Part shown: positions 8,901 through 18,062 of the stretch, piece by piece | Layout of the letters: each line of letters begins with the position of its first letter | How positions within the stretch are numbered: position 1 is the first letter of the stretch | IMG/VR virus record: IMGVR_UViG_3300047462_000185 | Location: 1 to 64,000 of that record | From: a virus | Length of the DNA: 64,000 nt | Direction: 5' to 3' (one strand) | Made by a program: the position numbers and the translations under genes | The notes under the pieces: model-generated | Databases searched by the model: none | Seen by the model: the letters and a program-made list of their open reading frames with translations, nothing else | Told to the model about the DNA's origin: nothing

Positions 8901-10746
8901 GCCGCGCGGCCTGAAGGTCGAGGCGAGTAACCCAGATCCGTTCAACAAGGACAAAGGCCTGGTCGGCGTCACCTATCGAGCGCGCGACGGCAAGCGCCGG
9001 TTCCTGGTCGGCGCCTATGACGACGGACAGCAGGTCGGTGAAGGCAAGCCACGCCCGCGCCGCGACATCGCGTTCAACGCCGAACTAGAGCAGGTCCGCG
9101 AGCGTGTCCGCCAAGGCGGTCAGGGCGGCGGGGCGCAGGGCCAGGGTGGGGGCGCCCGCGCTGAGCCGGTCCTGCCGGACGACAAGCGCCAGGAGGCTAT
9201 CACCGCAGTGGCCACGCTCAAGGCCCACGGCAAGATCAGAGACGGCGGTTCGGGCGACTGGACCTATCAGCACAAGGAGGGTGCCGATTACGGCCGGCTC
9301 CAGAACGAGGTGCGCACCGCGTTCATTGCCAAGCACAACCAGCGCTGGAATTTCGCGAAGGACAAGCGTCCATACAACCCGGTCGCCTATTTCAGCGCGC
9401 TCCACGATCTCTTCGAGGCGCCCGAAACCGCGCTACTTTCGACCCAGAACAGGGCCGACATCCTGACCGGCAAGGGCATCAACCACGGCATCATGGCGTG
9501 GAACCCGGCCTATGACGGGCAGAACAAGGGGCAGGTCAAACAGGCGCTCCTTCAGGAATTCGCTGGTCAAAGTAACGATGTGCATGTCATCCGTGGCGAG
9601 TCCGACAAGAAGCAGGTGTTCCGCGCGATCGACGTGCTTGGCAAGCATTACGGCCTCGACGGCAGCGATGTGGGCCAGATCCAGGCCGCGGTCGAACAGA
9701 AGATGTCTGGCCACCCGGTCCGCGAAGGCCGTCCACAAGGACAGAGCAACCAGCCGCGTCAGGAGCAGCCACGCGCGCAGAATCGCATCGATCCCAAGAA
9801 CCTGGCCGATGAGCTTTGGCGCGACGGCCATCGCGGCAATCACACGGACCAGGAAAGTTTCCGAAGCATCGTGGCGAAGGCCTACGAGATTAAGCTCGGG
9901 GAACTGAAGCGTGCCGGCAAGGAAGGCCGTGCCGCCGAGATCGAGGCGCTGAACAGCACTGAGCTGAAGTTCAAGGGCTACCAGAAGTCCGACTATGCCG
10001 TCGATCTCCGCAAGGCCGATCTGTGGAGCGCCGAGGAGGGCGACGGCATCAAGCGCGCCGTCGGCATGGGCGCCGGCGATCTCGCTGAGGCCGGGGGCCG
10101 CAAGCTTGGTTCGGGCGCGGGTGGTGGTCCAGATGTTGGGTCAAAGCAGGACAAGCGCTCGTTCTTCGAGCCGGTCCGACTTGGTGGCTCGGTGGGCAGC
10201 TTCGCCGGCGGCGCGGCTGGCTGGACCGGTGCCGAGCGTGCCCTGGCGAGTCGTGCCGCCGGGCGAGCCGCACGTGCGACAGCGGCCGGCGTCATCTCGG
10301 TGCCGCGCCGCGCCAGCGCCGGCATCGCCGGCCGGCTCACCGGCGCGGGCCTCAAGTCTCTCGCGCGAGACGGCGCTGAACACGTGGTCGGGTTCGGCCT
10401 GAAGACGGCCGGCTCGATCCTGGGCGGCGCGGTCGGGCAGATCGGCCTCGAAGCCGCGGCGCGCGGCGCCTACGCATTGGCCGGCAAGAAGGCGCCGGGC
10501 AGCTACGCGCCCAAGATGTCGGGTGGCGAGCAGGTGGCGCGCACCGTCGGCTCAGTGTTGGGACAGGGCGCGGCTGTAGCGCTGGCCCCCGAAACGTTCG
10601 GCGCATCCCTGGCAGCTGGCACAGCCGGCGGTATGGCGGGTGATGCGGTCGGCGGTTGGCTCTACCACCATTTCGCGTCGAACTACGGCAAAGCCACGGC
10701 CAAACACATGGGCCGCTACTTCGCGCCCCCGGCGAAGAGCGCATGA
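5965..10746 (+). CDS. 1593-aa hypothetical head-module protein, putative internal virion/ejection polyprotein
   Basis: GAGGAG RBS; lies between protease and scaffold; Gly-zipper blocks, coiled-coil centre, HPR..G[KR]F motifs. Confidence 0.75.
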   Translation: MALPNPHFDASVIGALRQRLVAHNQALAKRDDRLTLGKMKGLYRRFYHGSDDPHVAALIRIDSHLAKLRKAEFDADDHPRGAGGKFRSKGGARAGAFYPATRDQHEALKDENYGYRQNQTAIIPETRYETLGPPAATAIGVGAGAIQGALFSTPKGDAVDRVVGRFGRGLGWLAGDIAGRATIGAPVVLSAKAARLGIGMINRSTGSRFPRPKPDAGKKYLAAGAKIGRRAGQQVGGLAGKATGQLASIPAWATRRAIAGMIPGRRGKLIAALAGGSVGGVFPGYYAYGHYLNAGVSSIAPFIDAMFPRHVEKAFGADIAALLTDSEVLAKRDAVLGLAGGNDVLEKALGAEIVRRAVRLIGTKARGVVTSNATQVPRKFRMSAAGRAAVTASGGAVGSIAGAAGGAAVGAGRAIWSEFNEKHPRDERGRFAHANSGRAIAHAAVVGAAVGSGIGLLGGRYAARRFETRLARNALETHFSAENVQRMHSDLAAKVKERVADRFLDGMHDPDKMHAEALAAAARNKTEKSEAAEFGRAASHLARHRPSLPETIPVAPGADMHGTVRASLARAARVRFDATIGRAATSPISWITHQLDEGFDTEFRKGMSALGEKMPMFANAKGAKANLINNVDPEQLSPEARKLWDGLVARRTKTLDEVKETLHRRTGDMQGAQKTQRELQRKVDALAAKRQHVEYRGAELIDDDEADPAELRAFLKSEFGIESKVSKRLAPEAQLKALKTELHSAITQFDASAKTEIEDMTRDLEDAREQVNHLSSDIHGDLRPAEREAIRNPFATGKKSPFFEPVPTREELELMRQVAIRRDPTVRAFDTVTEQRIRDAGKRLGSILATQKKALERRGRAGLTDAGAHWMRRATPILAQHLDDAMADLHALRETMVGNREPKGFLHWVLFDRDMKTAGAWMKAQAKKAHDFGEKIGGAAWNNKAKIVGALGVAEAIGGVSYDDKTGTKVTLNPLKWSLPRGLKVEASNPDPFNKDKGLVGVTYRARDGKRRFLVGAYDDGQQVGEGKPRPRRDIAFNAELEQVRERVRQGGQGGGAQGQGGGARAEPVLPDDKRQEAITAVATLKAHGKIRDGGSGDWTYQHKEGADYGRLQNEVRTAFIAKHNQRWNFAKDKRPYNPVAYFSALHDLFEAPETALLSTQNRADILTGKGINHGIMAWNPAYDGQNKGQVKQALLQEFAGQSNDVHVIRGESDKKQVFRAIDVLGKHYGLDGSDVGQIQAAVEQKMSGHPVREGRPQGQSNQPRQEQPRAQNRIDPKNLADELWRDGHRGNHTDQESFRSIVAKAYEIKLGELKRAGKEGRAAEIEALNSTELKFKGYQKSDYAVDLRKADLWSAEEGDGIKRAVGMGAGDLAEAGGRKLGSGAGGGPDVGSKQDKRSFFEPVRLGGSVGSFAGGAAGWTGAERALASRAAGRAARATAAGVISVPRRASAGIAGRLTGAGLKSLARDGAEHVVGFGLKTAGSILGGAVGQIGLEAAARGAYALAGKKAPGSYAPKMSGGEQVARTVGSVLGQGAAVALAPETFGASLAAGTAGGMAGDAVGGWLYHHFASNYGKATAKHMGRYFAPPAKSA

Positions 10747-12296
10747 GCGACTCGGCCGGCACCGGCGGTCCCGGTTTCACGCAAAGCCCAGCAGCCTTCT
10801 CCGGCCTGACCAACACAGATCTGCGGCCCCGTCCCCGCAAAAAGCGTCCCGTGCCTTTGCTCAACACAAGCTTTGTGACCCGGCGCGGCCGGAACAGCAG
10901 GAGTCCTCACATGCGTAAAATCTTCGCCGACAAGCTTGCGCTGCTGAAGACCAGCATCGCCGAGATCAGCAACGCCGCGCCCGAAACACGCGACGCGCTG
11001 CTGGCCAAGTCCTTCAGCGAGTTCGAGGCCGACATCGGCGCGACACTCGATGAAGTCGCGCCCGAGCCGGAGCCGTTGGCCAAAGGGCTGAACCTGATCA
11101 GCAGCCTCGCCACGCTGCTCACCCAGGTCGAGACCACGGTGAAGTGCATCTGCGAGGGCAAGGCCTATCGCTACAGCGACGCCGATGAGGAATGCCCCGA
11201 GCATATCCAACTGGGCCTCCATCACTTCCTCGCGGTCGGCGAGATGGTGCTGCGCGAAATGGTCAACGACCATGTCGAGATGCCGGAAGACGAGATGGAC
11301 GCCGAGAAGGCGGACCGGGCCGGCCAGCTGTTCAAGATCGACAGCGCCGGCACTGTTCTGTTGATCAAGAGCGCACTGCCGGAGAATCTGGTCGGCTTCG
11401 CGCAGGACCCTGCCCTGCTGGCGATCGACCGCATCGAGCTGGGCCGCGACCTCGTCGCGATGGGTGGCGACGTGCTGGTCGCGCTGGACCAGCAGGGCGT
11501 GCTGCCCGACGAGTTGCGCAAGGCCATCCCGCCCGAGATGGGGTCGGACGATGACGCCGGCGACGAGATGGATGGCGACGAGTCGGCCGATGCCGGCGAT
11601 GAGGGTATGGATGACGGCTCTGGCGATGATGGGTCTGGCGATGACGGCGGCGATGGCACCGATCAGATGGACCCGCTCGAGGTCATCGTGCGCCTCGCGT
11701 CCGCCATCATGGTGGTGGGCGGCTCGCTGATCCAGGCTCAGGGCGGCTCAGCGTCGGAAGATGAAGGCGAGATGGGCGGCGAGACCGATGAGGATGGCAC
11801 GGACGAGGCCGACCAAGAGTCGGAGGATACGGGTGGGCCAGGTCCGGCGATCCATGAAGGCGACGATGACGGAAGCACGCCCGAGGGCGAGTCGGGCCAG
11901 GGCGGCACGGACCACACCGCCGATGCGATGCACCGCAAGAACGCGGCGCACCAGTCCGCGCATGGACCGGCGGGGAGCCGCGCCATGTTCTCGGCCGGCA
12001 AGAAGCGCAACCCCGATCAGGCCGAGAAGGTCGCGCCCGGCGGCGCGCTCACCAAGGCGGTCGAGGCACGCATGGGTAAGCTCGAAGAAACGATGGGTGT
12101 GCTGAGCCAGGGCGTGGCCGCGCTCCTGAACCGTCCCGCCGCCGACGACAAGGGCCATTCCGGCATCAGCGCCGCGATCCCGCGTCAGCAGGATGGTCTC
12201 GGCAAAGCAGCCGGTCCCGACATTGCCGAGTTGGCGAAAACCAATCCGGAAGCCGCCGCCACAGCAATGATCCGCACCATCCTGACCGGCCGCTGA
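10743..12296 (+). CDS. Probable capsid scaffolding protein (alternative start 10911)
   Basis: Very acidic low-complexity centre; directly upstream of MCP; ATGA-coupled start at 10743 and AGGAG-preceded ATG at 10911. Confidence 0.65.
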   Translation: MSDSAGTGGPGFTQSPAAFSGLTNTDLRPRPRKKRPVPLLNTSFVTRRGRNSRSPHMRKIFADKLALLKTSIAEISNAAPETRDALLAKSFSEFEADIGATLDEVAPEPEPLAKGLNLISSLATLLTQVETTVKCICEGKAYRYSDADEECPEHIQLGLHHFLAVGEMVLREMVNDHVEMPEDEMDAEKADRAGQLFKIDSAGTVLLIKSALPENLVGFAQDPALLAIDRIELGRDLVAMGGDVLVALDQQGVLPDELRKAIPPEMGSDDDAGDEMDGDESADAGDEGMDDGSGDDGSGDDGGDGTDQMDPLEVIVRLASAIMVVGGSLIQAQGGSASEDEGEMGGETDEDGTDEADQESEDTGGPGPAIHEGDDDGSTPEGESGQGGTDHTADAMHRKNAAHQSAHGPAGSRAMFSAGKKRNPDQAEKVAPGGALTKAVEARMGKLEETMGVLSQGVAALLNRPAADDKGHSGISAAIPRQQDGLGKAAGPDIAELAKTNPEAAATAMIRTILTGR

Positions 12297-12307
12297 TTTT
12301 GCTTGCT

Positions 12308-12327
12308 AATCACATTTTTATGTGATT
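12308..12327. promoter_or_regulatory. Operator-like palindrome AATCACAT-TTTT-ATGTGATT upstream of the capsid gene
   Basis: Perfect inverted repeat; member of the recurring CACAY-N4-VTGTG family. Confidence 0.65.
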
Positions 12328-12472
12328 CGTATTCGACACCATTGAGCGAGCCATGTGCCGCTCCTGCTCGTCGCGCCGGTTGAGCCCCGGCTGATCCGGT
12401 CCGGTCACTGACCAGGCCAAGGGTCCTGCCCGATACGCCGCCCTGGGCAGCGGTGAGCCGAAAGCTCAACTG

Positions 12473-13987
12473 ATGAATACCCCGCAAGACAGTCTGGAGC
12501 TCATCAAGGGCGCCCTGGCGAGTGCTGGCCTTTCCGCAGCCGAAGACGTGCTGGCGAAGGCCTTTCTGCAGCCCACCACAACGCCCACAGGCTTGCAGGT
12601 CTATGACCTCGAAGCCCCGGCAAAGCTGCTCTACCCGGTCCTCACTCCGCTGCGCAACGCGATCCCGCGCGTCGGCAATGGACGCGGCATCCAGGCCAAC
12701 TGGCGCGCCGTGGTCGGCATCAACACGACCGGCGTGATCGGCTCGCTGGGCCAGGGCAACCGCGGCGGCGTGATCTCGACCACCACCAAGGACTACCTCG
12801 CCGCGTTCCGTGGCCTCGGCTACGACGACTATGTGACCTGGGAAGCGGACATGTCCGCCGAAGGGTTCCAGGACCTCAAGGCGCTCGCCGTCCAGGGCCT
12901 GCTTCGCTCGCTGATGATCGAGGAAGAGGCCACCATTCTGGGTGGTAACGGCTCGGTCGCACTGGGCACGCCCTCGACCCCGACCGTCACCGCGATCGGC
13001 TCGGGCGGTTCCATCGCCAACGCGACCACGGTCTATGTCGGCGTCGTCGCGCTGACCCACCAAGGCTGGCGTTCCTCGAACCTGGTCAGCGGTGTGCCTG
13101 GTCTGGTGAGCCGCACCAACGCCGACAGCTCGGTTGACACCTATGGCGGCGGCTCGTCCGCAGCCTCGGCGCTCGGCTCCGTCACCACCTCGGCGTCCAG
13201 CTCGACAGTCACCGCATCCGTCACCCCGATGGAGGGTGCCGTTGCCTATGCCTGGTTCGTCGGCTCGGCCAACAGCGCGGCGTCGTGCTATCTCGCCGCG
13301 ATCACCACGCTCAACTCGGCCGTCTTCACCGCGCTGCCGGCCAACACCCAGCAGGCCCTCAGCACCATCACGGCGGACAACAGCGCCAACTCGCTGTCGT
13401 TCAATGGGCTGCTGTATCTCGCATCGGCTTCGGGCTCGGGTGCCTACTGGGCCGCGCAGCCGACCGGCACGAACGGCACCGGCACGCCGCTCACCGCGGA
13501 CGGGTCGGGCGGCATTGTCGAGTTCGACACGATGCTGCAGTCGTTTTGGACCAACTACCGCCTGTCGCCTTCCGAATTCTGGGTGGGAACGCAGGAGCTC
13601 AACTACCTTCGCAAGAAGGTGCTGGCCAACACCGCGTCCGTGCCGAATCTGGTGCGCTTCACCGTCTCGACGGCGCGCGACCAGCTGCAGGGCGGTCTCG
13701 GTATCCGCGGTTACCTGAACCCGTTCGGCATGGGTCAGGCGGTCGAGATCCCGATCAAGCTGCACCCGAACATGCCGAACGGCACCATCCTGGCCGTCAC
13801 GCATGAGCTGCCCTACTCGCTGTCGGGCGTCTCCAACGTGATCCAGATGAAGCTGCGACGCGAGTATCACCAGCTCGAGTGGCCGCTGCGGTCGCGCAAG
13901 TATGAATACGGCGTCTACATGGATGGCGTCCTGCAGCATTATTTCCCGCCGTCGTTGGGTATGATCACCAATATCGGCGCCGGCTGA
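12473..13987 (+). CDS. Major capsid protein with Ser/Thr/Ala-rich beta-sandwich-like insertion
   Basis: Position after scaffold; YDLEAPAKLLYPVLTPLRNAIPRV near the N-terminus and YEYGVYMDGVL...GMITNIGAG at the C-terminus. Confidence 0.85.
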   Translation: MNTPQDSLELIKGALASAGLSAAEDVLAKAFLQPTTTPTGLQVYDLEAPAKLLYPVLTPLRNAIPRVGNGRGIQANWRAVVGINTTGVIGSLGQGNRGGVISTTTKDYLAAFRGLGYDDYVTWEADMSAEGFQDLKALAVQGLLRSLMIEEEATILGGNGSVALGTPSTPTVTAIGSGGSIANATTVYVGVVALTHQGWRSSNLVSGVPGLVSRTNADSSVDTYGGGSSAASALGSVTTSASSSTVTASVTPMEGAVAYAWFVGSANSAASCYLAAITTLNSAVFTALPANTQQALSTITADNSANSLSFNGLLYLASASGSGAYWAAQPTGTNGTGTPLTADGSGGIVEFDTMLQSFWTNYRLSPSEFWVGTQELNYLRKKVLANTASVPNLVRFTVSTARDQLQGGLGIRGYLNPFGMGQAVEIPIKLHPNMPNGTILAVTHELPYSLSGVSNVIQMKLRREYHQLEWPLRSRKYEYGVYMDGVLQHYFPPSLGMITNIGAG

Positions 13988-14069
13988 TCCTGGCTTCGCC
14001 TGATCGGTCCGTCTCAAACGTGGCGTGGAGGGAAACTTCCACGCCACGACTGTTTTCAGGAGAACTCGA

Positions 14070-14546
14070 ATGCATCTCTTCAAGCTGCGGCCCGGCGTAA
14101 CATCCGTCTCGGTCGACGGTGTCGAATACCGGCCCGACGAAGACGGTTTCGTTCGGATCGACTCGCCATCGCTCAAGGTGCTGGGGTTCCTCTCCACCGA
14201 AGGGCACCGCGCCGCGACCGACGAGGATTTCGCGACGCCACCGGCCGCCGGCTCGGAAGACGACGAGAAGACAGCGCTGCTGGCGCGCATCGAGGCGGCG
14301 GGCGGCAAAGCGGATCGGCGCCGCTCGCTCGCCAACCTGCGCTACATCGCGGCCGAGCTCGAAGCGCCAACACCGCCAGCCGCCGCCGCGGCAGCAGCAC
14401 CAGCAGCACCAGCAGCGGCGCCTGCAACCCCTGCGGCCACCCCGGAGCCGCCGGCGGCTACGCCAGCGCCCACAACAGCCACCACGCCAGCACCGGAAGC
14501 AACGGGCGCCGCTGCCCCGGCCACGCCTGAGTCAGCGGCTACCTGA
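14070..14546 (+). CDS. Hypothetical protein with Ala/Pro/Thr-rich tail
   Basis: AGGAG RBS; usual post-MCP position. Confidence 0.65.
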   Translation: MHLFKLRPGVTSVSVDGVEYRPDEDGFVRIDSPSLKVLGFLSTEGHRAATDEDFATPPAAGSEDDEKTALLARIEAAGGKADRRRSLANLRYIAAELEAPTPPAAAAAAAPAAPAAAPATPAATPEPPAATPAPTTATTPAPEATGAAAPATPESAAT

Positions 14547-14549
14547 TCC

Positions 14550-15143
14550 GTGTCTGGCTCGACCGAAACCGTATCGACGCCCTGGATCACGCTGGCGCAG
14601 CTCAAGGCGTGGCTCAACATCACCGACTCGAGCCAGGACGCCAACCTGACCCCCTTGCTCACCGCGGCGACGCAGGCCTGTATCTCCTATCTGAACCGCG
14701 ACCTGGTGCAGTCCAGCCAGACCGAGACCTATGACGGGCCGGGCAGTTCGATCCTGCCGCTGAACACGTTCCCCATCACCGCGGTGGCGAGCGTGATGAT
14801 GGACGGCCAGCCCGTCGTTCCGGCCGCGTTCAACCAGGCCGGCTATGTGATCGGCAAGTTCTCGCTCCGGGCGAAGGGAATGGTCTGGTGCAAGGGGTTC
14901 CAGAACGTCACGGTCAGCTACACGGGCGGCTATGCCACGATCCCCACCGATGCGGTGCAGGCCTGCCTGCTGGCCGCGTCGGCCATGTTCAACTCGATGG
15001 CGGCTGACCCCAACCTCCAGTCGGAATCGACGTCAGGCGTATTCTCCGGCTCGTTCTGGCAAAGCGGGCCCGGCGCGCTGCCGCCGTCGTCGCGCAGCCT
15101 GCTGATCAACTATCGCAAGGTCTACAGCGGCATCGCGGGGTAA
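14550..15143 (+). CDS. Head-tail connector (gp6-like adaptor)
   Basis: ITLAQLKAWLNI...DANL...YLNR and VTVSYTGGY..IP.D..QAC pattern. Confidence 0.8.
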   Translation: MSGSTETVSTPWITLAQLKAWLNITDSSQDANLTPLLTAATQACISYLNRDLVQSSQTETYDGPGSSILPLNTFPITAVASVMMDGQPVVPAAFNQAGYVIGKFSLRAKGMVWCKGFQNVTVSYTGGYATIPTDAVQACLLAASAMFNSMAADPNLQSESTSGVFSGSFWQSGPGALPPSSRSLLINYRKVYSGIAG

Positions 15144-15149
15144 CGCATC

Positions 15150-15857
15150 ATGATGGGACGCGGCTACTACCTGCAGCGTCGCATCGATGCCCGCTACCAG
15201 CAGCGCGGCTCGCAAATCACGCTGCGGCGGGTCTCCTTCCTGTCAGGCAACAATACGCTGCCCAACCCAGCCATGCTCAAGAATCTCACCGTCGCCCAAG
15301 ACGCGGCCCAAGGTGACGTCACGGTTTCGCTCAGCGCCACCGTGGCGCGGGGACGGCTCGTGCCGGGCGACCAGCTCGTGATGGGCAACGTCACGGCCAC
15401 TGTGGCGCAGCTCCAGGTCAACGACATCACGCTAGAAAGCGGGACCGTTCTCTTCGCCGAAAATGGCGATCAGATCACGCTCGACGGGTCGTTCTCATCC
15501 TATGACCTGCCGCCCTTGCTGACCGACACGCCAGCGGTGAACAATGCTTTTCCGCAGGTCCTGCTGACCGAGCCCTTGTCGGGGCCCGTGAGTGCCGGAA
15601 CCCAGGTGACGATGGTCTGGCAGGCCGACACGACGGTTTATGGCTACATCAACAGCTATGACAACACGATGATCGACGGCCAGCGCATCCAGGCCAATGA
15701 CCTCCAGGTCGGCATTTCCGCGCTCAGCGCCAATCCTGCTGCGCCTCCCACCATCACCGACAAGATCGTCGTGCTGGGCGTCGAGAAGGCGATCCTGAAC
15801 GTGAGCAGCAAGATCAACGACAACCAGCAGCTCGTATGGGTGTGCCAGGTCCGCTGA
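15150..15857 (+). CDS. Head closure/neck protein with internal insertion
   Basis: Position; C-terminal IDGQRIQANDL...VWVCQVR typical of head-closure proteins. Confidence 0.6.
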   Translation: MMGRGYYLQRRIDARYQQRGSQITLRRVSFLSGNNTLPNPAMLKNLTVAQDAAQGDVTVSLSATVARGRLVPGDQLVMGNVTATVAQLQVNDITLESGTVLFAENGDQITLDGSFSSYDLPPLLTDTPAVNNAFPQVLLTEPLSGPVSAGTQVTMVWQADTTVYGYINSYDNTMIDGQRIQANDLQVGISALSANPAAPPTITDKIVVLGVEKAILNVSSKINDNQQLVWVCQVR

Positions 15858-15867
15858 GGAGGTCGCT

Positions 15868-16275
15868 ATGGCGGATTTCTCGGTCGATGTGGCGTCCTGG
15901 GTCGACAAGGCGCTGATGCGGGCCGAACAGGCGTTCCAGGCCACGGCTCAGGGCGCGGTGAACCGGGTCAAGGATCTCACGCCGGTCAAGACGGGCTACC
16001 TGCGCGCCAACTGGACCGCGATTCATGCCGGCGATGCCGAGCCCACCCCTGGCGCGGTGCCAGACGCAATGGATGCGATCAGCAGCGCGCCGCTGGGTAG
16101 CACTCTCGTTGTGCTCAACCCGGTCGTCTATGCGCGACGCGTCGAGTATGGGTTCGTTGGCGAGGACAGCCTGGGGCGGCACTATAACCAGCCAGGGCGG
16201 CACATGACCCAGCAGACCGTGTCCGAGATGCCGTCCATCGCCGAGGCAGCCGTCGAACTGGTTGTCAGCGAGTGA
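15868..16275 (+). CDS. HK97 gp10-like neck protein
   Basis: TPVKTGYLRANW...YARRVEYG motifs. Confidence 0.85.
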   Translation: MADFSVDVASWVDKALMRAEQAFQATAQGAVNRVKDLTPVKTGYLRANWTAIHAGDAEPTPGAVPDAMDAISSAPLGSTLVVLNPVVYARRVEYGFVGEDSLGRHYNQPGRHMTQQTVSEMPSIAEAAVELVVSE

Positions 16276-16694
16276 GTTCGATCGGCATTCAGACCGCGCT
16301 GGATAACGCGATCATCGCGTTTCAGGCGGCCAACCCGCAGTTCGAGTTGGCGCTGGAGAACACACCCTACACTCCCACAAAAGGGGTGATGTATCTCAGC
16401 ACCGCGATCAGCGGGCTCAACCGCCGCAAGATCGCGCTGGGTCCGCAGGCCGTCTCGGTTGCGGAATACATGGGCTACTATCAGGTCAGCGTGAACGGCG
16501 CGATCGACGAGGGCATGGCCGTGCTGCGCGCCGCCGGCGATCTCGTCGCGGACGCGTTTCCGAGCGGCCTGGTCCTGATCGGCTCGGACGGCACACGGGT
16601 GATCATCCAGATCGCCTCCCCGCAATCGGCGATCGAAAACGGCGACTGGGTGACCGTGCCCGTCGCGATCCAGTGGTTCAGCACCGACCCATAG
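16272..16694 (+). CDS. Tail terminator-like protein
   Basis: Position before tail tube; EN..YTP...GYYQVSV...W.TVPV pattern. Confidence 0.7.
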   Translation: MSSIGIQTALDNAIIAFQAANPQFELALENTPYTPTKGVMYLSTAISGLNRRKIALGPQAVSVAEYMGYYQVSVNGAIDEGMAVLRAAGDLVADAFPSGLVLIGSDGTRVIIQIASPQSAIENGDWVTVPVAIQWFSTDP

Positions 16695-16757
16695 GCTGAA
16701 GCGTCAGTAGAGTCCCACATGCCGCTTGGGTAGCGGCGAACAGCAAGGTTTCCGCAC

Positions 16758-17987
16758 ATGACGACAACTTTCGCACGCGGCGTTGCGAAGACGCTTGCGC
16801 TCGCCGAAGAAGCCTCGTTCGGCGTCAAGTCGACCGCGGCAGGCTCCTATCTGCGCCGCACCTCGTCGGACCTGACCCTGTCGACCGACGCCTACCAGAG
16901 CCAGGAAATCCTGCCGAGCCAGCAGGTCGAGGATCTCCGGCTCGGCGTTCATCGCGTCTCGGGCACGATCAGCGGACAACTATCGCCCGGCGCCTATGCC
17001 GATCTGTTCCAGGGCATGATGCGCGGCACCTGGGCCGGAAAGGTGCAACTGACCAGCCAGATCGTCACTCTGTCGGCCTTGTCGAACGGCGGCACGGCGA
17101 TCAATGCCAGCGCCGGCGGCTTCCTCGCCTCGGGCCTGAAGATCGGTGACATCATTGTCCTGACCGGATTCTCTGGCGGTTACACGGCGAACAACAACGT
17201 CAACTGCCGCATCTTCGCCATGACCGACACCACGATTTCGGTCTATGAGGGGCTGACCGTGGTCAGTTCGGCGGTGAGCGGCATCACGATCGCCCAGGCC
17301 GGCAAGAAGCTGCTCATGGCGGGTAGCAACCAGCTGTTCCGCAGCTACACGCTGGAGCACTGGTTCGCCGATGTGGGTATCTCCGAGGCTTTCGTGGGCT
17401 GCCGCATCAGCCAGATCTCGCTCAACATCCCGGCCACGGGTCTGGTGACATTCAGCGCCACCGTGACGGGTCAAGACATGATCACCGGCACGACCCAGGT
17501 CTACGGGTCGGCCGCGGGTCCGACGACGGACAACTCGCTCGCCGCGGTGAGTGGCAAGATCGCCTACAACGGCGCATCGCTCGGCATCATCACCGGCCTG
17601 TCGCTCCAGCTCACCGCGAATGTGCAGTCTAACCCTGTGCTGGGCTCGGACGTGGTGCCCGAAATCTTCATGGGCATGATGCGGGTCAATGGCAGCTTCA
17701 CCGCCATGTTCACCGATGAGACGCTTGAGACCAACTTTATCACCGAGACCGAGACCACGCTCCACGCCTATCTGACCTCGACCCAGGCGCCGAACTCCGA
17801 TTTCATCAGCATCTTCATCCCAAGGGTCAAGGCGATGTCGGCCCAGAAGTCGGACAGCGATATGAGCCTGATCCAGTCGTTCAACTTCAGCGGCCTTTAC
17901 CAGACCGCCGGCGGCGCCGGCACCGCGCTGGACGCCACCTCGATCAGCATGATGGATAGTTCGGTGCCGAGCTGGATCGGGGCTTGA
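16758..17987 (+). CDS. Major tail (tube) protein
   Basis: EASFGV...SQEI...SYTLEHWF.D...F.GCRISQ motifs; position. Confidence 0.8.
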   Translation: MTTTFARGVAKTLALAEEASFGVKSTAAGSYLRRTSSDLTLSTDAYQSQEILPSQQVEDLRLGVHRVSGTISGQLSPGAYADLFQGMMRGTWAGKVQLTSQIVTLSALSNGGTAINASAGGFLASGLKIGDIIVLTGFSGGYTANNNVNCRIFAMTDTTISVYEGLTVVSSAVSGITIAQAGKKLLMAGSNQLFRSYTLEHWFADVGISEAFVGCRISQISLNIPATGLVTFSATVTGQDMITGTTQVYGSAAGPTTDNSLAAVSGKIAYNGASLGIITGLSLQLTANVQSNPVLGSDVVPEIFMGMMRVNGSFTAMFTDETLETNFITETETTLHAYLTSTQAPNSDFISIFIPRVKAMSAQKSDSDMSLIQSFNFSGLYQTAGGAGTALDATSISMMDSSVPSWIGA

Positions 17988-18062
17988 TATCCACATCATC
18001 GTGTGTTTTCGTGTGTGGGCTGGCGCTTGGTCCAGTGACGCGCAACAAGGGAAGGGACGGAG

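Noticed and set aside
12308-12327. Palindrome as a CRP/FNR or alphaproteobacterial LexA site
   Set aside because: Half-site order is the reverse of TGTGA-N6-TCACA and it does not match GTTC-N7-GTTC.
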